Below are positions 39,951 to 51,422 of a stretch of 64,000 bases of DNA, one piece after another. The notes beneath the pieces were generated by a model, which had not been told where the DNA came from, ran no database searches, and was given only the letters and a program-made list of their open reading frames with translations. Each line of letters opens with the position of its first letter. The stretch's first letter is position 1. The position numbers were made by a program, and so were the translations under genes. The stretch comes from Setoptus koraiensis (Eukaryota > Animalia > Arthropoda), in assembly GCA_048013815.1 (NCBI GenBank), contig CM106585.1, positions 10,354,001-10,418,000 of the forward strand, read 5' to 3'.

Positions 39951-42362
39951 GCGGTGGCTGGCCGAGACAGCGGACGCTCGCTTCGAGTGAGACGCGCGAT
40001 TGATTGAAAGCGCTCGTCGTTGCATCGCTAAAAAATAATCATCATCAAAAAATTATTAATATCGACAGGCAGCCGATCGTTGCAATTACAATGGCGCACA
40101 CGGGGAATTGCGTCGTCGGCGGCAAAGAGTGGCCATTCTGGCGCTGCCGAGTCGACCGTGAGCGTCGGCCTGCCGGTGGGACGTTGCCAGCTTGCAGTTC
40201 AAAATGCGAGTTGCATATTCTCAATTGTCGGCTCGACTATGCTCGGCTCGACTCTGCTCGGCTCGACTAGGCTCGGCTCGAATGTCTCAGTTCGCGGTTC
40301 GAATATTCGCACTGCTCAGTTCGAGTGCGAACGCGACTTCGGAATCGAGTTCGAAGGAGCGCAAACACAATCGAACGCAAATTGAATTTGTCCAACAGCC
40401 ACAGCGGACACGACGCCGATGTTTGCGCGCCCGAGGAACGCTGGCCGAAAATTCTTTATTTGCCACCAATCAAATCAATCTCATCTCGGGCTGCATGTTG
40501 ACACCGGCGAGTAGCAAGCGGAGGCCGGCGCTGGAGAAACGAGAACAGCCAGCCAGCAGCTTACAGCAGCGACGCCAGGAGATGCAACTGCGAGATAGGA
40601 GCAAATATTTAAATTGCGATCAAGATTTCCTCTTTGTTCTGCTGTTCTGCTCTGTTCTTCTCTCTTCGTTCGGTGGCAGCAGCAGCGCCGGCCGGTATTG
40701 CTCCACTCTTTACGCCGTGTCACTTATTAGAAATATTCTAATAAGAGAACGACAGACACACACACACACACATTCTAATTCCAATTCTGCTGGCTCTGTC
40801 GTTATTTAAATTTAAATTCCCGTCGTCGTATTATTTCATTTCGGCTGCCACTGCGCCGCTTCATTTCGGGCCGCCGCCGCAGCAGCAGCAGCATCACGAC
40901 AAAGACAACGGCGGCGGCGCGGACCAACGGGCAAACCGTCGCCGCTCGGGCTTCGGCGAGCACCGCCGAACAGCGCCAGCGAACATGAGAAGCGCATAGA
41001 GAACGGCAGCGCTTCTCGAACAACAAAGTGGCCAGCAGCGCACCTTTTATTTTTCATTTTTTTACCTCGCGGTTTATCATTGCATTGGCCGTTGGTCGCT
41101 CATTGGCGCTTATTGGCGCACAATCAGGCAGCGGCTCTAATGAAAAAATGAACACAGCCGAGCGGTGATACTCGATTTGGCGTATTTGCCGATATGCTTA
41201 TTTATTATCCATTTTTGGCGTCCCCCGGCCGCTTGCGGCGCGCCGGCCTGCTCTCGGGCCGCGCGGTTGTCCGGCCGCGCGGTTGCTCGGGACCTAGCGG
41301 GGCGCTTCCAGTTGGAAGTGGCCGAAGCTTCCATTTTCGAACTGCCACAATCGCGAATCGAGAGCCGCAATCGCGTTCGAGAGCCGCAAAGTCGCAGGTA
41401 AGCCGAACGCAAGCGGCCAAACTAACGAGGATGCGCCGGCCAGTGTTACGCCGATGTCAATCACGCATCACTGGGGGTTAGCACTGGCACGCTAATTGAT
41501 GGCAGTTTGTTGTTTTGTTTGTTGGTGCCACTTTTATTCTCATCTGGCCATCATGCGATCCGATTGTGTTTTGTTCAACTGCCCATTCGCTCAAGCTGCC
41601 CATGTCGGTGTTGCTGTCGCCGTTGCTGTTGTTGTTGTTGTCGCTGTTGCTGTTGCTGTCCGGTGGCCGCGCTGCCAAGTCGCGCCGAACGCAAACTCAG
41701 GTGAGCACTCGTAATTGATATGCCAGCGAATGTCGCGTCGCCAACATCGCGGCCGAGATTAGAATTAGCGCATAACTCACGACAATGATGATAATCATCG
41801 TGCGCGCTGCCCGAACCGCACGCCAGAAGGCGCACGGGATAATGATGACACTCGCCTTTGTCCGCCGCAGCGGCCCTGATAACGATTATAATCCAACTGC
41901 GTGTGTCGCTCGCTCAATCAGCGGCCATCTTTTCCGCCAACAGCGTGCCACGGTGCGCGGACAGTCGGGCACGGTCGGCACCTCGCTACCCAATCGCCAC
42001 TGGCCAACTTGCGACCGGCCCGAGTCGGCAGGCCCGAGTCGGGCCGGTCGCAAGTTGGCCAGCAGACGGGCGGCCAGACGGGCGGCCGGAGGGGAGGTTG
42101 CGCGACCGGCGCGAGAAAGCAAATGAGAATAATTGAATCACACCAACGATTCATGAGCGCCGACCGGCCATGTGAACAATGATTGGCGACGGCGGCCGCG
42201 GCCGCGATGACCGCTGCGGCGATCATGCTGCCGACCGCGCGACGCACACCATTGATCGCATTCCAATTAATGCGAACGGGCAGCAATTGATGAGAGCGGC
42301 GCTGCAAAATCAAATCAATTCGCACGCGGACCTGAATGGAACTGCAAACTAATTCGCAGCAA

Positions 42363-42443
42363 CAACCTCGACAACAACAACAGCAACCCCGACAACAACA
42401 ACAGCAACCTCGACAACAACAACAGCAACCTCGACAACAACAG
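42363..42443. repeat. 21-bp minisatellite (CAACCTCGACAACAACAACAG) x4
   Basis: Direct inspection. Confidence 0.9.
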
Positions 42444-43039
42444 CAACAACCAAGCAGCACAACGGCCAGCGCTGAGGTGTTTGCCGGCCACTAATGATCG
42501 GACGCGACTTTAATTGGGCAGCTCGCGCGGCGAGGGTCGCCTCGTCGGACGTGCCCGTGGTCAGAGGAGCGGCGTGTAGATGGCGCCCGTCGCGGGCCGC
42601 CATTCACTCGGCGAGCAGCCATCACCTGGCAAATATTTGCATGCGACAGGTTCACTTGTTGCTGCTGGTGGCTGGTTGTCGGTGTCGATGTCGCTGTTGG
42701 CAACCATTCATGCTGGCATTCATGCTGGCTCGCTCACAAGGCAGCTAATTGTTTTCGTTGTGCGTGGGCGTCGCTCCGAAATCTCGGTCTGTTGGCCAAA
42801 TATCTGGCCAGGTATCGCCAGGCGAGCAACGCGACAACAGCGAACAAAGCAGCGAAATATCCGTTGAAGCCCGAAGTGCGAGTATCTTCGCACCGGCGCA
42901 CCAAGAACAATGCACTTGCTGGCCACCACGGGCGATTAAGGATTAAGGGCTCAGGTTACAATGCATTCTCTAATTACTAATCTAATAACAATAACGGGAC
43001 GCAGCGAGTATAATGAATATGGCGAGTTCGACTAATATA

Positions 43040-43167
43040 CAAATATAATGAATATAACGAATATGCAAATATAATGAATATAACGAACGCACAAATATAA
43101 TGAATATAACGAATGCACGAATATAATGAATATAACGAATATAACGAATATAACGAATATAATGAAT
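43040..43167. repeat. 26-bp higher-order repeat built on GAATATAAY
   Basis: Three 26-bp units, then pure 9-mers. Confidence 0.9.
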
Positions 43168-46100
43168 GGTGCGATGGGACAGGCCGACAACAATCGTGAG
43201 ATAAGCGGCCACAAACACCGAGAAACTCGCCGGCCCAAAACAAATAATAACAATTAGTGGCAACGGGCGACAAGTGCTGGCCATCGGTGTCACTCGTGGC
43301 TGGCCGCTGGCCGGGCGAAAAGTGTTTGCGCCAACGAGCGCTCGCCTCGGCTCAAACAGCCGGATAATGAGTGTTCGAACAATGGCCGCCACTCATTATT
43401 CCATCTGATCCGTACCTGAGTGTCATCTCGTCATGTTTGGCCCAATCTAAGTGATTGGCAAATATCAATCAATTGCCTGTCATGGCGCATACTCGACATT
43501 CTTAGCCGCAGTGGCCGCGTTGGCCGCAGTGGCCGCGTTGGCCGCAGTGGCCGCAGTGGCCGAACTGGCATCGGTCAGTGAGAGCCCTCCGATGCCGATG
43601 CCAGGCACAATCTTGATGGCCCAACGGCCAACGGTGAACAGGCCAACGGCCAAAAGGTAAACAAACGTTGTATTGATTAATCAGCGAGCGCTCAGCAAAC
43701 CGATGAAGCGATCGCCTCATGAAGACTCATGAAGACTCTCCAATGTGCGGCCATGTTAATTACAACCAGTGACCGTTTTGTCAGTGGCCGCTGGCCGCAG
43801 CGAATTAGTGGCCGCGGCCGGCCGATACTGGCCGCGGCCGGCCGCTTCGAGCCGCAGCGACACTTGCCCGAAATGGGCACCCCCGACGGAGATGTTTACT
43901 TATGCGCACAAGCGGACGACACACACACACGTATATACTACATAGTACATGAATGTTAGGCGGCCCGACAACCGGCCCGCCAGCCGGGCCGGCAAAAGCA
44001 GAGCGGGCCGGCCGAAAGCGGAGCGGCCAGTGGGCATGAATGAACTGGTGTTGTCAATCTGACAACAATGTTGTGCGATGCGTGTGTGTGTGTGTGAACA
44101 CTGTTGTCGGATAATTGCCGTTGGCCAACAACACAACCCGACAACAACGACACTGTGCCGCCGCCACAGAGAGTGGCACATAATGAGAGGCGCTTCTTAA
44201 TTCGTCGCCATTGGTTGGCTGCCGATGTGGCGAGTTTGATTACCGATCGGGCCGATTCATGATTATCGATTATTATTACTATCATCATCATCATCATCGT
44301 TGTGGCGCTTTGTTGTGTTTGGCCCGTTGCTTAGTTTAGTGTCGGTCGGCCGGCTCTAGTCTACTGTAAGAGAATAATAATAATAATAATAATCACGGGC
44401 ATCGTCATCACGAGATGTTGTGCGCGCCGCGAATAAAACCTCGCGATTCCAAGCGATTCGAAGCGATTCGAAGCGATTCGAAGCGAGGAAATAAATTCGC
44501 GATCGAAGCGGCGCGAATCCCCGCATGCGAATCCATCTCTGCACATACTCGCATATATCTCCGCGTACGTACATCTCACGTGTATCTCTGCGAGGTTGGA
44601 AATCTCGCATGTATCTATGAGGAGCGGCGCTATGAAAGGGCCCTCTTGTGTCGCAGTTTCTCCCCGAACCCGTGGCCTATTCTTAATTCCAGTTGGATGT
44701 GCCAGTGTGATTTAAATTTTACAATTGCAAGCGCTAGTTAGCAGCCCTAGCCTGATTACAAAAGATTAAAGCGGATTGCCCATTAGAGCGGCGCTTAATC
44801 ACCTCTGTTGTTGTTGTCGCTGTTGTTGTTGTTGTTGCTGGTTGTGCTGCTGTTGTTGTTGGTTGTGCTGCTGTTGTCATAGCAGCAGCGACCAACTTTG
44901 TCGTCCGATGATAACGAGATGAGAGATGATATGCAAACGAGCGATAGATCACCTCGCAGCCACAGTATACAGTATGTATGGCAGCCTGTTTGGCGTACAC
45001 TCGGCTGCCGGGCGGATGAGCGCGCTGGATGCTGGCCGATAAAAGGGAGCGAATGATCGCGAATCGATCAATCAGAAACGATGCAAACAGCAGAAGCAAT
45101 CAAAATTATAGAATCAACAATAATTGTCGCTACTGGCACCGCCGCCACTGGCAAACAACGAGCGGCAGCGGCAGCGGCTAATGCCAGCCGCTTGACAATG
45201 TCATTGTGTGCCGGGCCCATTGTCAGCCGGGCCCCAAATGAAGCGCCGAAATGAAGCGCCGAAATGAAGCGACGAAATGAAGCGACGAGACGCGCCGACG
45301 AAATGAAGCGACGAAACGGATCGCCCCTCTAATGCCAGTTGGCGCGATGCCGGCCCGACCAACGCACCAACAAAATGCACCCAATGAATACAAATCACTG
45401 CTGGCTCATCGGCGCTCATCACAGTTGACCATTAGCCGCGCGATGGTCGTCGTTTTAATCACCATACCTCACTGGCGATACCTGGCCGATGCTATAATGA
45501 ACATGTATGATATATCACAGATTGGGTTTTATCGGGCAAACATGCCCGATGTTTGCCGTTGGCCGTGTTTATGCCCCCGTTTGTGCCTCTGTTGTTCTCA
45601 GGACGGCCGGGCCGGCAGTTCCTGCCCGGTCGGCGCAAGCCAGCATGAGCAAACAAGTAGACCGAGGGACGACTAATGATCATCAATTATCGTCAAAAAG
45701 AATCGCTACTCGCTGGCTCTGGCTCTAAAGCTGCCAGCCAACAGCGCCAAGTGAGCCAAGTAGCCCAGAGAATTAATGACATCAGCAAACATTAATTCTC
45801 TCTCGCTGTGTTCTTTTTTCATTCTACAATTCTCTCATCAATTCTTATCCTCGTTCGATGGTCGCCGCTGCTGCTGCTATAATCAGCAGCTTTATTATGG
45901 CCGGGCCGATAATAATAATAAGTAGCAGCCGTGAGCGACATAAGTGATCCAGTTTCTTTGTCTCGCAAGCCAAACTAATGCAAATTTCTGCTTCTCCGTC
46001 GCGACGCGTCACTCTCCTCAAATATATTGTGTGTCGTATTGTTGTTCTTGATGGCTCTCGGTTGTCGATGGCCGCTCGCCCTCACCGGCTCCCAATATAT

Positions 46101-46267
46101 TTATTCAAATTAATAATGGCCGGCCAACTGGCGCAACTTTGCTCCAGTTGGCCGCCGCTCACCTCAATTAAATTGGCGCCTCTGACACGCACTGTGCTGT
46201 CCGCCGAGCCGGGCGCCGGTTCTGGCCGCGAGGCGGCGCCCGCGTCCATTGTGCGCCACTGACTCGC

Positions 46268-46374
46268 GCAGTTGTCAGTGCCACCGGCTGGCAGTTGTCA
46301 GTGCCACCGGCTGGCAGTCGTCAGTGGTACCGACCCACAATTGTCAGTGCTACTAACCCACAGTTGTCAGTGGG
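46268..46374. repeat. 23-bp minisatellite x5 with conserved TCAGTG core
   Basis: GCAGTTGTCAGTGCCACCGGCTG x2, then three diverged units. Confidence 0.9.
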
Positions 46375-49300
46375 CCGGCATTGGTGCCTACTGTTACGTG
46401 GCACCGGTGCTGGCACACACACAACTCGCATGTGCCACACCGACAACTGGTGAGCGCCGCTCGCGGTCGATGCGCGCGCTAAAATGTGCCACTCTCACAG
46501 TGCGCACCTATGGGCCTACCGGCCTATGGCCGGTGACAATTAACCTTGTGCTCGCTGCGCGTCGGGCCCCTCAAACCGTCATTGATGAGTCGTCAAGGGC
46601 CTCGTCGGCCGGAACAGGCCGGCGCTGCGCGAGGCACAGCGCACAGTCACTGTGACAGAAAGGCATTGCGGCGAACGCGAGTTCAAAAGTGCGCGAACGA
46701 CTGGCCGAACGAGCATAGTTTTAAAGGAGAGCCTAGTTAGCGTAGTTAGCGGTTAACGAGGCAGCCACGAGAAAGAAATGGATAAGATGGCGCAGATGCA
46801 AATAAGGCAAACAAGCGGCCTATATGGCACCGAAGGCACATTTATAACGAGACGAAGGAACGCGAACGAATGCGAACGAGTGTGTGTGTGTATAAATGTA
46901 AAGAATTGTAAAACACACAACGGGGGCAATCAACTAATGACGATGTGGCTAAAGAGGAGCAAAGAAGGACAAACTCGGTTGTCAAACACACACACAGAAC
47001 AAACAAACGCTTGCAATATTTCCTTGGGGCAACTACTTACTTGCACCGGCCTCATAAGTGTGTGTGTGTGCAACGGGCACCCAAACAGAAATGGGAAATT
47101 ATTTAAATTGTGTCAAGTAACATATACGTGCCACAACTCCAAATGGTGCCCGGCTCGAAATAAAAAGTAAGCGTGTAAAATGGATAAGAGCGCCCCCCGA
47201 AGAAGCGCGCGCAATTAAGCGGATTACCTAAGTCGGCGGCCCGTTGGCAGCGCTGGCTGTTCTAACGCTGGCGACGAGTTAAAAAGTGAGCTTGTGCTGA
47301 GCGAGCAGTTTCATATCGGCGCCGCTGTGGGCGTCTCGCCAGGCGATACATGGCGATATATGGCGGATATACAGCGATACACAGCGGTATCGTATCGCGC
47401 ACAGCCGGCATTATATATGGCATTATATGGGCGCGCAAGCTAAGTAGTGCTGGCTGGTAATCTAGCAGATCAATCAGTTTAAAAATTGCAATTCTCCTGC
47501 TGCATCCAGTGGCCCCGCTAAATCATTAGAGCCTATATAGTGCAACGCTAGTGTGACGCAACTATCGGCGCGGCCTCATCAATATCTGCCAACGGCTTGC
47601 GCGCCCACCCAAAGGAAACAAACAAAAATAATTTGATTGCATAGTCGTGGCAGACGCGGGCAATGATTAGTGTGACACACACGCTCGCTCGCTCGCTCTC
47701 TCGCTCGTTGCTGGGGCCGGGGCCCCATGCAAGCCGGCTAAGACGGCCGACGGGCCTCAAGGGAATCAAATTAAAACTTGTTCTTTGTCGCGCGCACACT
47801 GTGCTGCTGGCAACACAAGTCATTGTGCCGGCGCGCGCGCGTTATCGCATCCAGCGCACACCATTACCATCGCTGTGCAGCGAGTGTTTGTTCTGGTCGT
47901 TGTCGCCGCTGTTGTTGGTGCTGTTGTTGTCGCTGTTGTTGTTGTTGCTGTTGTTGTCGCTGTTGTTGGTGCTGTTGTTGGTGCTGTTGTTGGTGCTGTT
48001 GTTGCTGTCGCTGTTGTTGTTGTCGCTGGCGTGGCTGGTGGTGTCGCCGCCGTGAGTGCAGTGTTGTGTCGACCAAACTAAAGAACTGGCGAACCAGAAG
48101 CGAGCAAAAAATTTAATCAGTTTCTAAAAAACTTAAGCGCCCAAATGACGCGCCGCACCGCGCATGGGCGGCCCACTGTCAGACGCACCGCCGACTGCAG
48201 CGGGCGGCCCCCGCTCTGGCGCTGAGCAGCGGCCTCAGCGGCCACTGCGCACAGTGGGCCGGCCAGCGCTGGTTGTGGGGGCGCCCCAAGTGCCGGCGAC
48301 GCAATAACGGCAGCGTAATGGCCGCACACCAAAGCACGGGCAGCACGTGTGGGGCTAGTTTTTTATCAATGATCATTGTTGTTTTCAACTCGGCCTCGTC
48401 TAATGACTACAACATGGTAATGAACGCCATCTGACGCGCCATTGTCTCCGCGGCCCGATCCGCGGCCGCCGTGACAATGCCACCGCTCTAAACAATCCTG
48501 CCTCTAAGCTTCTCCTCCGTCCTCTGGGCCCTCTCACAATTGTGCGCGTCGGCCCACAATCGTCCGACGATCGCCGATACTGACTGATTTGAGAGGTTGA
48601 GCCAGTTTCGCATGCAACCGCCATAACTTACGACGAGCAAGTTACTATTAGAAACTTACCAGTATTGGCACCACACACACAGGTTACCATGCCCAGAGGG
48701 CGCTGCGCGCGGCGCTGTCAGTGCGCAGCCCACACTGACAGTTGACTGCCAGTTGCAAGCTGTTGTGCGCACTCTCTGTGCGCGCTCCGGCGGCGCAGAT
48801 GCACAGGGGCACAGACGGAGTTGAGAGGGCAAAATTAAAATTAAAATTAAAACTTCTTTTTCTTTTTCTTTTTTTCCTCTTCTTGGCCCTCTTGGCCCTT
48901 TGCGCCCCCTTCTCCGTCTTCTTCTTGCTCGCCTTCTTCGTGGGGCTGTCAGAGTGTGACTCACGCACAAGCTAATCTAGTCCAGTTCTCTGCAACTGAG
49001 TGTGTGTGTGTGCCACGGCAGCCATGTCCACGGCATGCAATCGGCAAACGGCATGTATGGCGCACAACTTGTAGTACAAGTCTTGTACGACAGAGGCACA
49101 GGCGATGGGTAGAGGTCGGCCAAAGATGCTGCCCGATTATTAGCGCGCCAGCTGGGGGAAGGCAAAAGACAAGTCGAGCGCATGCGTTAATTGTCCTGTA
49201 CGGCGGCGCAGATCCCGCCCCCTCACAAGAGTTGAAATTGGTGCATCGGCAGCGACAGTACGGTGCACACAAATGTATGCACAATGGCGGTGTTGGTGGG

Positions 49301-50036
49301 GTAAACAAGGTGCTCAACGGCGCCAATTAAGCTGAGTTTGCTTGTGAGTCCGCGCTCCAGCGAGATGCGCTCAACTGCGCTTGAGTCCGTTCGACTCACA
49401 CGGTGTGAGTCACACGGTGTGAGTCTCACATTGTGAGACGGTTTGAGTCTTACATTGTGAGTCTCGGATTGTGGGATCGCCCGAGTTGCACACTCTAAGA
49501 ATCTCAGACTTGAGTCGTCAGCTAAAAAAGTGCCCACTGGCACCGCTGCGACTCACGGCGGCACTGTGAGTGGCTGGCGCGGACTCAGTGTGAGTTGCAA
49601 CTTAAAACTTGCAAGTTAAAAGTTTAAAGTGTGTGTGTGTGCATGTGCGATGGAAAACGAATTTTTCGCAATTAATGCGCACATACAGACACAAATGCAA
49701 ACGCACGCACTCACGCACGCACGCACGCACATTGGCATTCATACACACACACAGACAAAACAATGCGCACGATAGGCTTCATCGATCTGCGCACCAGTGT
49801 GAGTGCGTCTAGATGGCTGCCGGCGGAGAGGTTGCAATGCATTTGTGCAGCATCATTTGATTATCGTCGTTAGGCCGAACACAACTCACACACACACACA
49901 CAGAGCGCCGATCGCTGAATGAGCTAACACTCACCATCACTGATACTCGCCACACAACACACAGCACGCTTTATAGGCGCGTCATTAACACCATTGCCAG
50001 CCATCCATTTATTACGCACACACTATACAAAACACA

Positions 50037-50142
50037 CTATATAAAACACACTATATAATACGCACACGCACTGTATCATCTGTATCTATAACAATTAGCC
50101 GGTTAGTCTATATAAGCAGCGCACTCGTGCGTTAGTGAGTTT
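50037..50142 (+). promoter_or_regulatory. Candidate proximal core promoter (multiple TATA boxes plus Inr-like element)
   Basis: CTATATAAA (50037), CTATATAAT (50051), CTATAAC (50086), CTATATAAG (50108); Inr-like TTAGT/TGAGTT at 50132-50141 about 25-30 bp after the last TATA; ~930 bp upstream of the zfh2 ATG. Confidence 0.55.
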
Positions 50143-51067
50143 GTTCGGCTGAGACGCGCGCGCATCGTTATATGTCACAGCGCGACCAGTGCAGCGTTAG
50201 TTCGACGAGTCTAGTGACCAGCGCAGCTCAAAGCAGCAGTAATAGTTAACAAGTTACAACAATCGCAATAGCCCAATTAGCAGCGCCAATCAGCTAGCTC
50301 GCGGGCTCGACAGCAGCAACTAATTAATGCCCAACACTCTGCTCTTTTCGCCGCTTATACATACCATACATAACAGCCCATAACAGCCCATAACAGCGCA
50401 GCAAGCACAGCAGCACAACAACACGACAGACACACAAGCCGCGACAAGCCGCGACCTGGGCAAACGAGCGCAAGTGACTAATGACGCAGCGCAATAATTC
50501 CAGCGAATTAGCGAATTTGAGTTGATTATCGGCAGTGTCAGTTGATTATTCGTTCATTAGCAGCGAGCAGCGAGCGGCGAGCAGAAAGCGGCAAGCCTCG
50601 GCAAATAGTAATAATTGCGCAACGCTAATGAAGCCAGCTCGGCGCCAGCACTGAGCAGCGAGCAGCGAGCGCCACAGCAACGCAGCAAGCAGCACGGCAA
50701 GAGGCTCGCCAGCCACTGGCATGGAATAGCTAATTAGCAGCCAGCAGCAGCAGCAGCAAGCACGAAGAGAAGAATCAGATGCCTTACCAAACTACTACTA
50801 CTACTACTAATGTAGATTATTAACACGAAATAATCTAAATATTGATTTAATCGAAAGTTCCTGTTTCATTGCGCCCATCGTTGTCGCGACAACGCACAAA
50901 CACGCACCAGCACGCATCTGTCAAGTCCAGCAGCACACACAACAATCACTTGACAACAATCAATAATTATAATTACAATTACCAATATATCACAACATAA
51001 GCTACAACATAACGTCAGTATCCAACAATCAGCAATCGCAGCAACAACACGCAACACGCAAGCTAAA

Positions 51068-51422
51068 ATGATGCACTCGCGCAACTCGTGCAAGACCCTC
51101 AAATGTCCCCGATGCAACTGGCACTACAAGTACCAGGAAACATTGGAGATCCACATGAAAGAGAAACATCCAGAGAACGAGCTCACCTGTGTCTACTGTC
51201 TCACATCGCAGCAGCATCCGCGCCTCGCCAGAGGCGAAACGTACACTTGTGGCTACAAGCCATATAGGTGTGAATTGTGCAATTATTCCACTACCACCAA
51301 AGGTAATTTAAGCATTCATATGACCAGTGATAAGCACATGACCAACGTTCAGATGACCACCGCCACCAACGGCCAGCCGGCCGGCGGTCAGCTCGCCCAG
51401 GACTACTCGCAGTCGTCCAACG
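51068..51422 (+). CDS. zfh2: Zfh2/ZFHX3-4 family zinc-finger homeodomain protein, first recognisable coding exon
   Basis: Translates [36 protein letters not shown]...[41 protein letters not shown], the hallmark conserved block of Drosophila Zfh2 and vertebrate ZFHX3/4. Ends at AACG|GTAAGT (donor GT at 51423, phase 1). In-frame stop upstream at 50951-50953. Confidence 0.93.
51098..51169 (+). other. zfh2: C2H2 zinc finger 1 ([24 protein letters not shown])
   Basis: C-x2-C-x12-H-x4-H pattern in exon 1. Confidence 0.95.
51263..51337 (+). other. zfh2: C2H2 zinc finger 2 ([25 protein letters not shown])
   Basis: C-x2-C-x12-H-x5-H pattern, typical ZFHX finger. Confidence 0.95.

Noticed and set aside
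39264-40025. 253-aa ORF on - strand
   Set aside because: Length comes from tandem repeats (15-mer and 24-mer); no protein-family signal
1928-48116. Numerous 60-210-aa ORFs with poly-V/C/L/Q/T runs
   Set aside because: They are translations of AAC/GTT triplet tracts and minisatellites that lack stops in most frames
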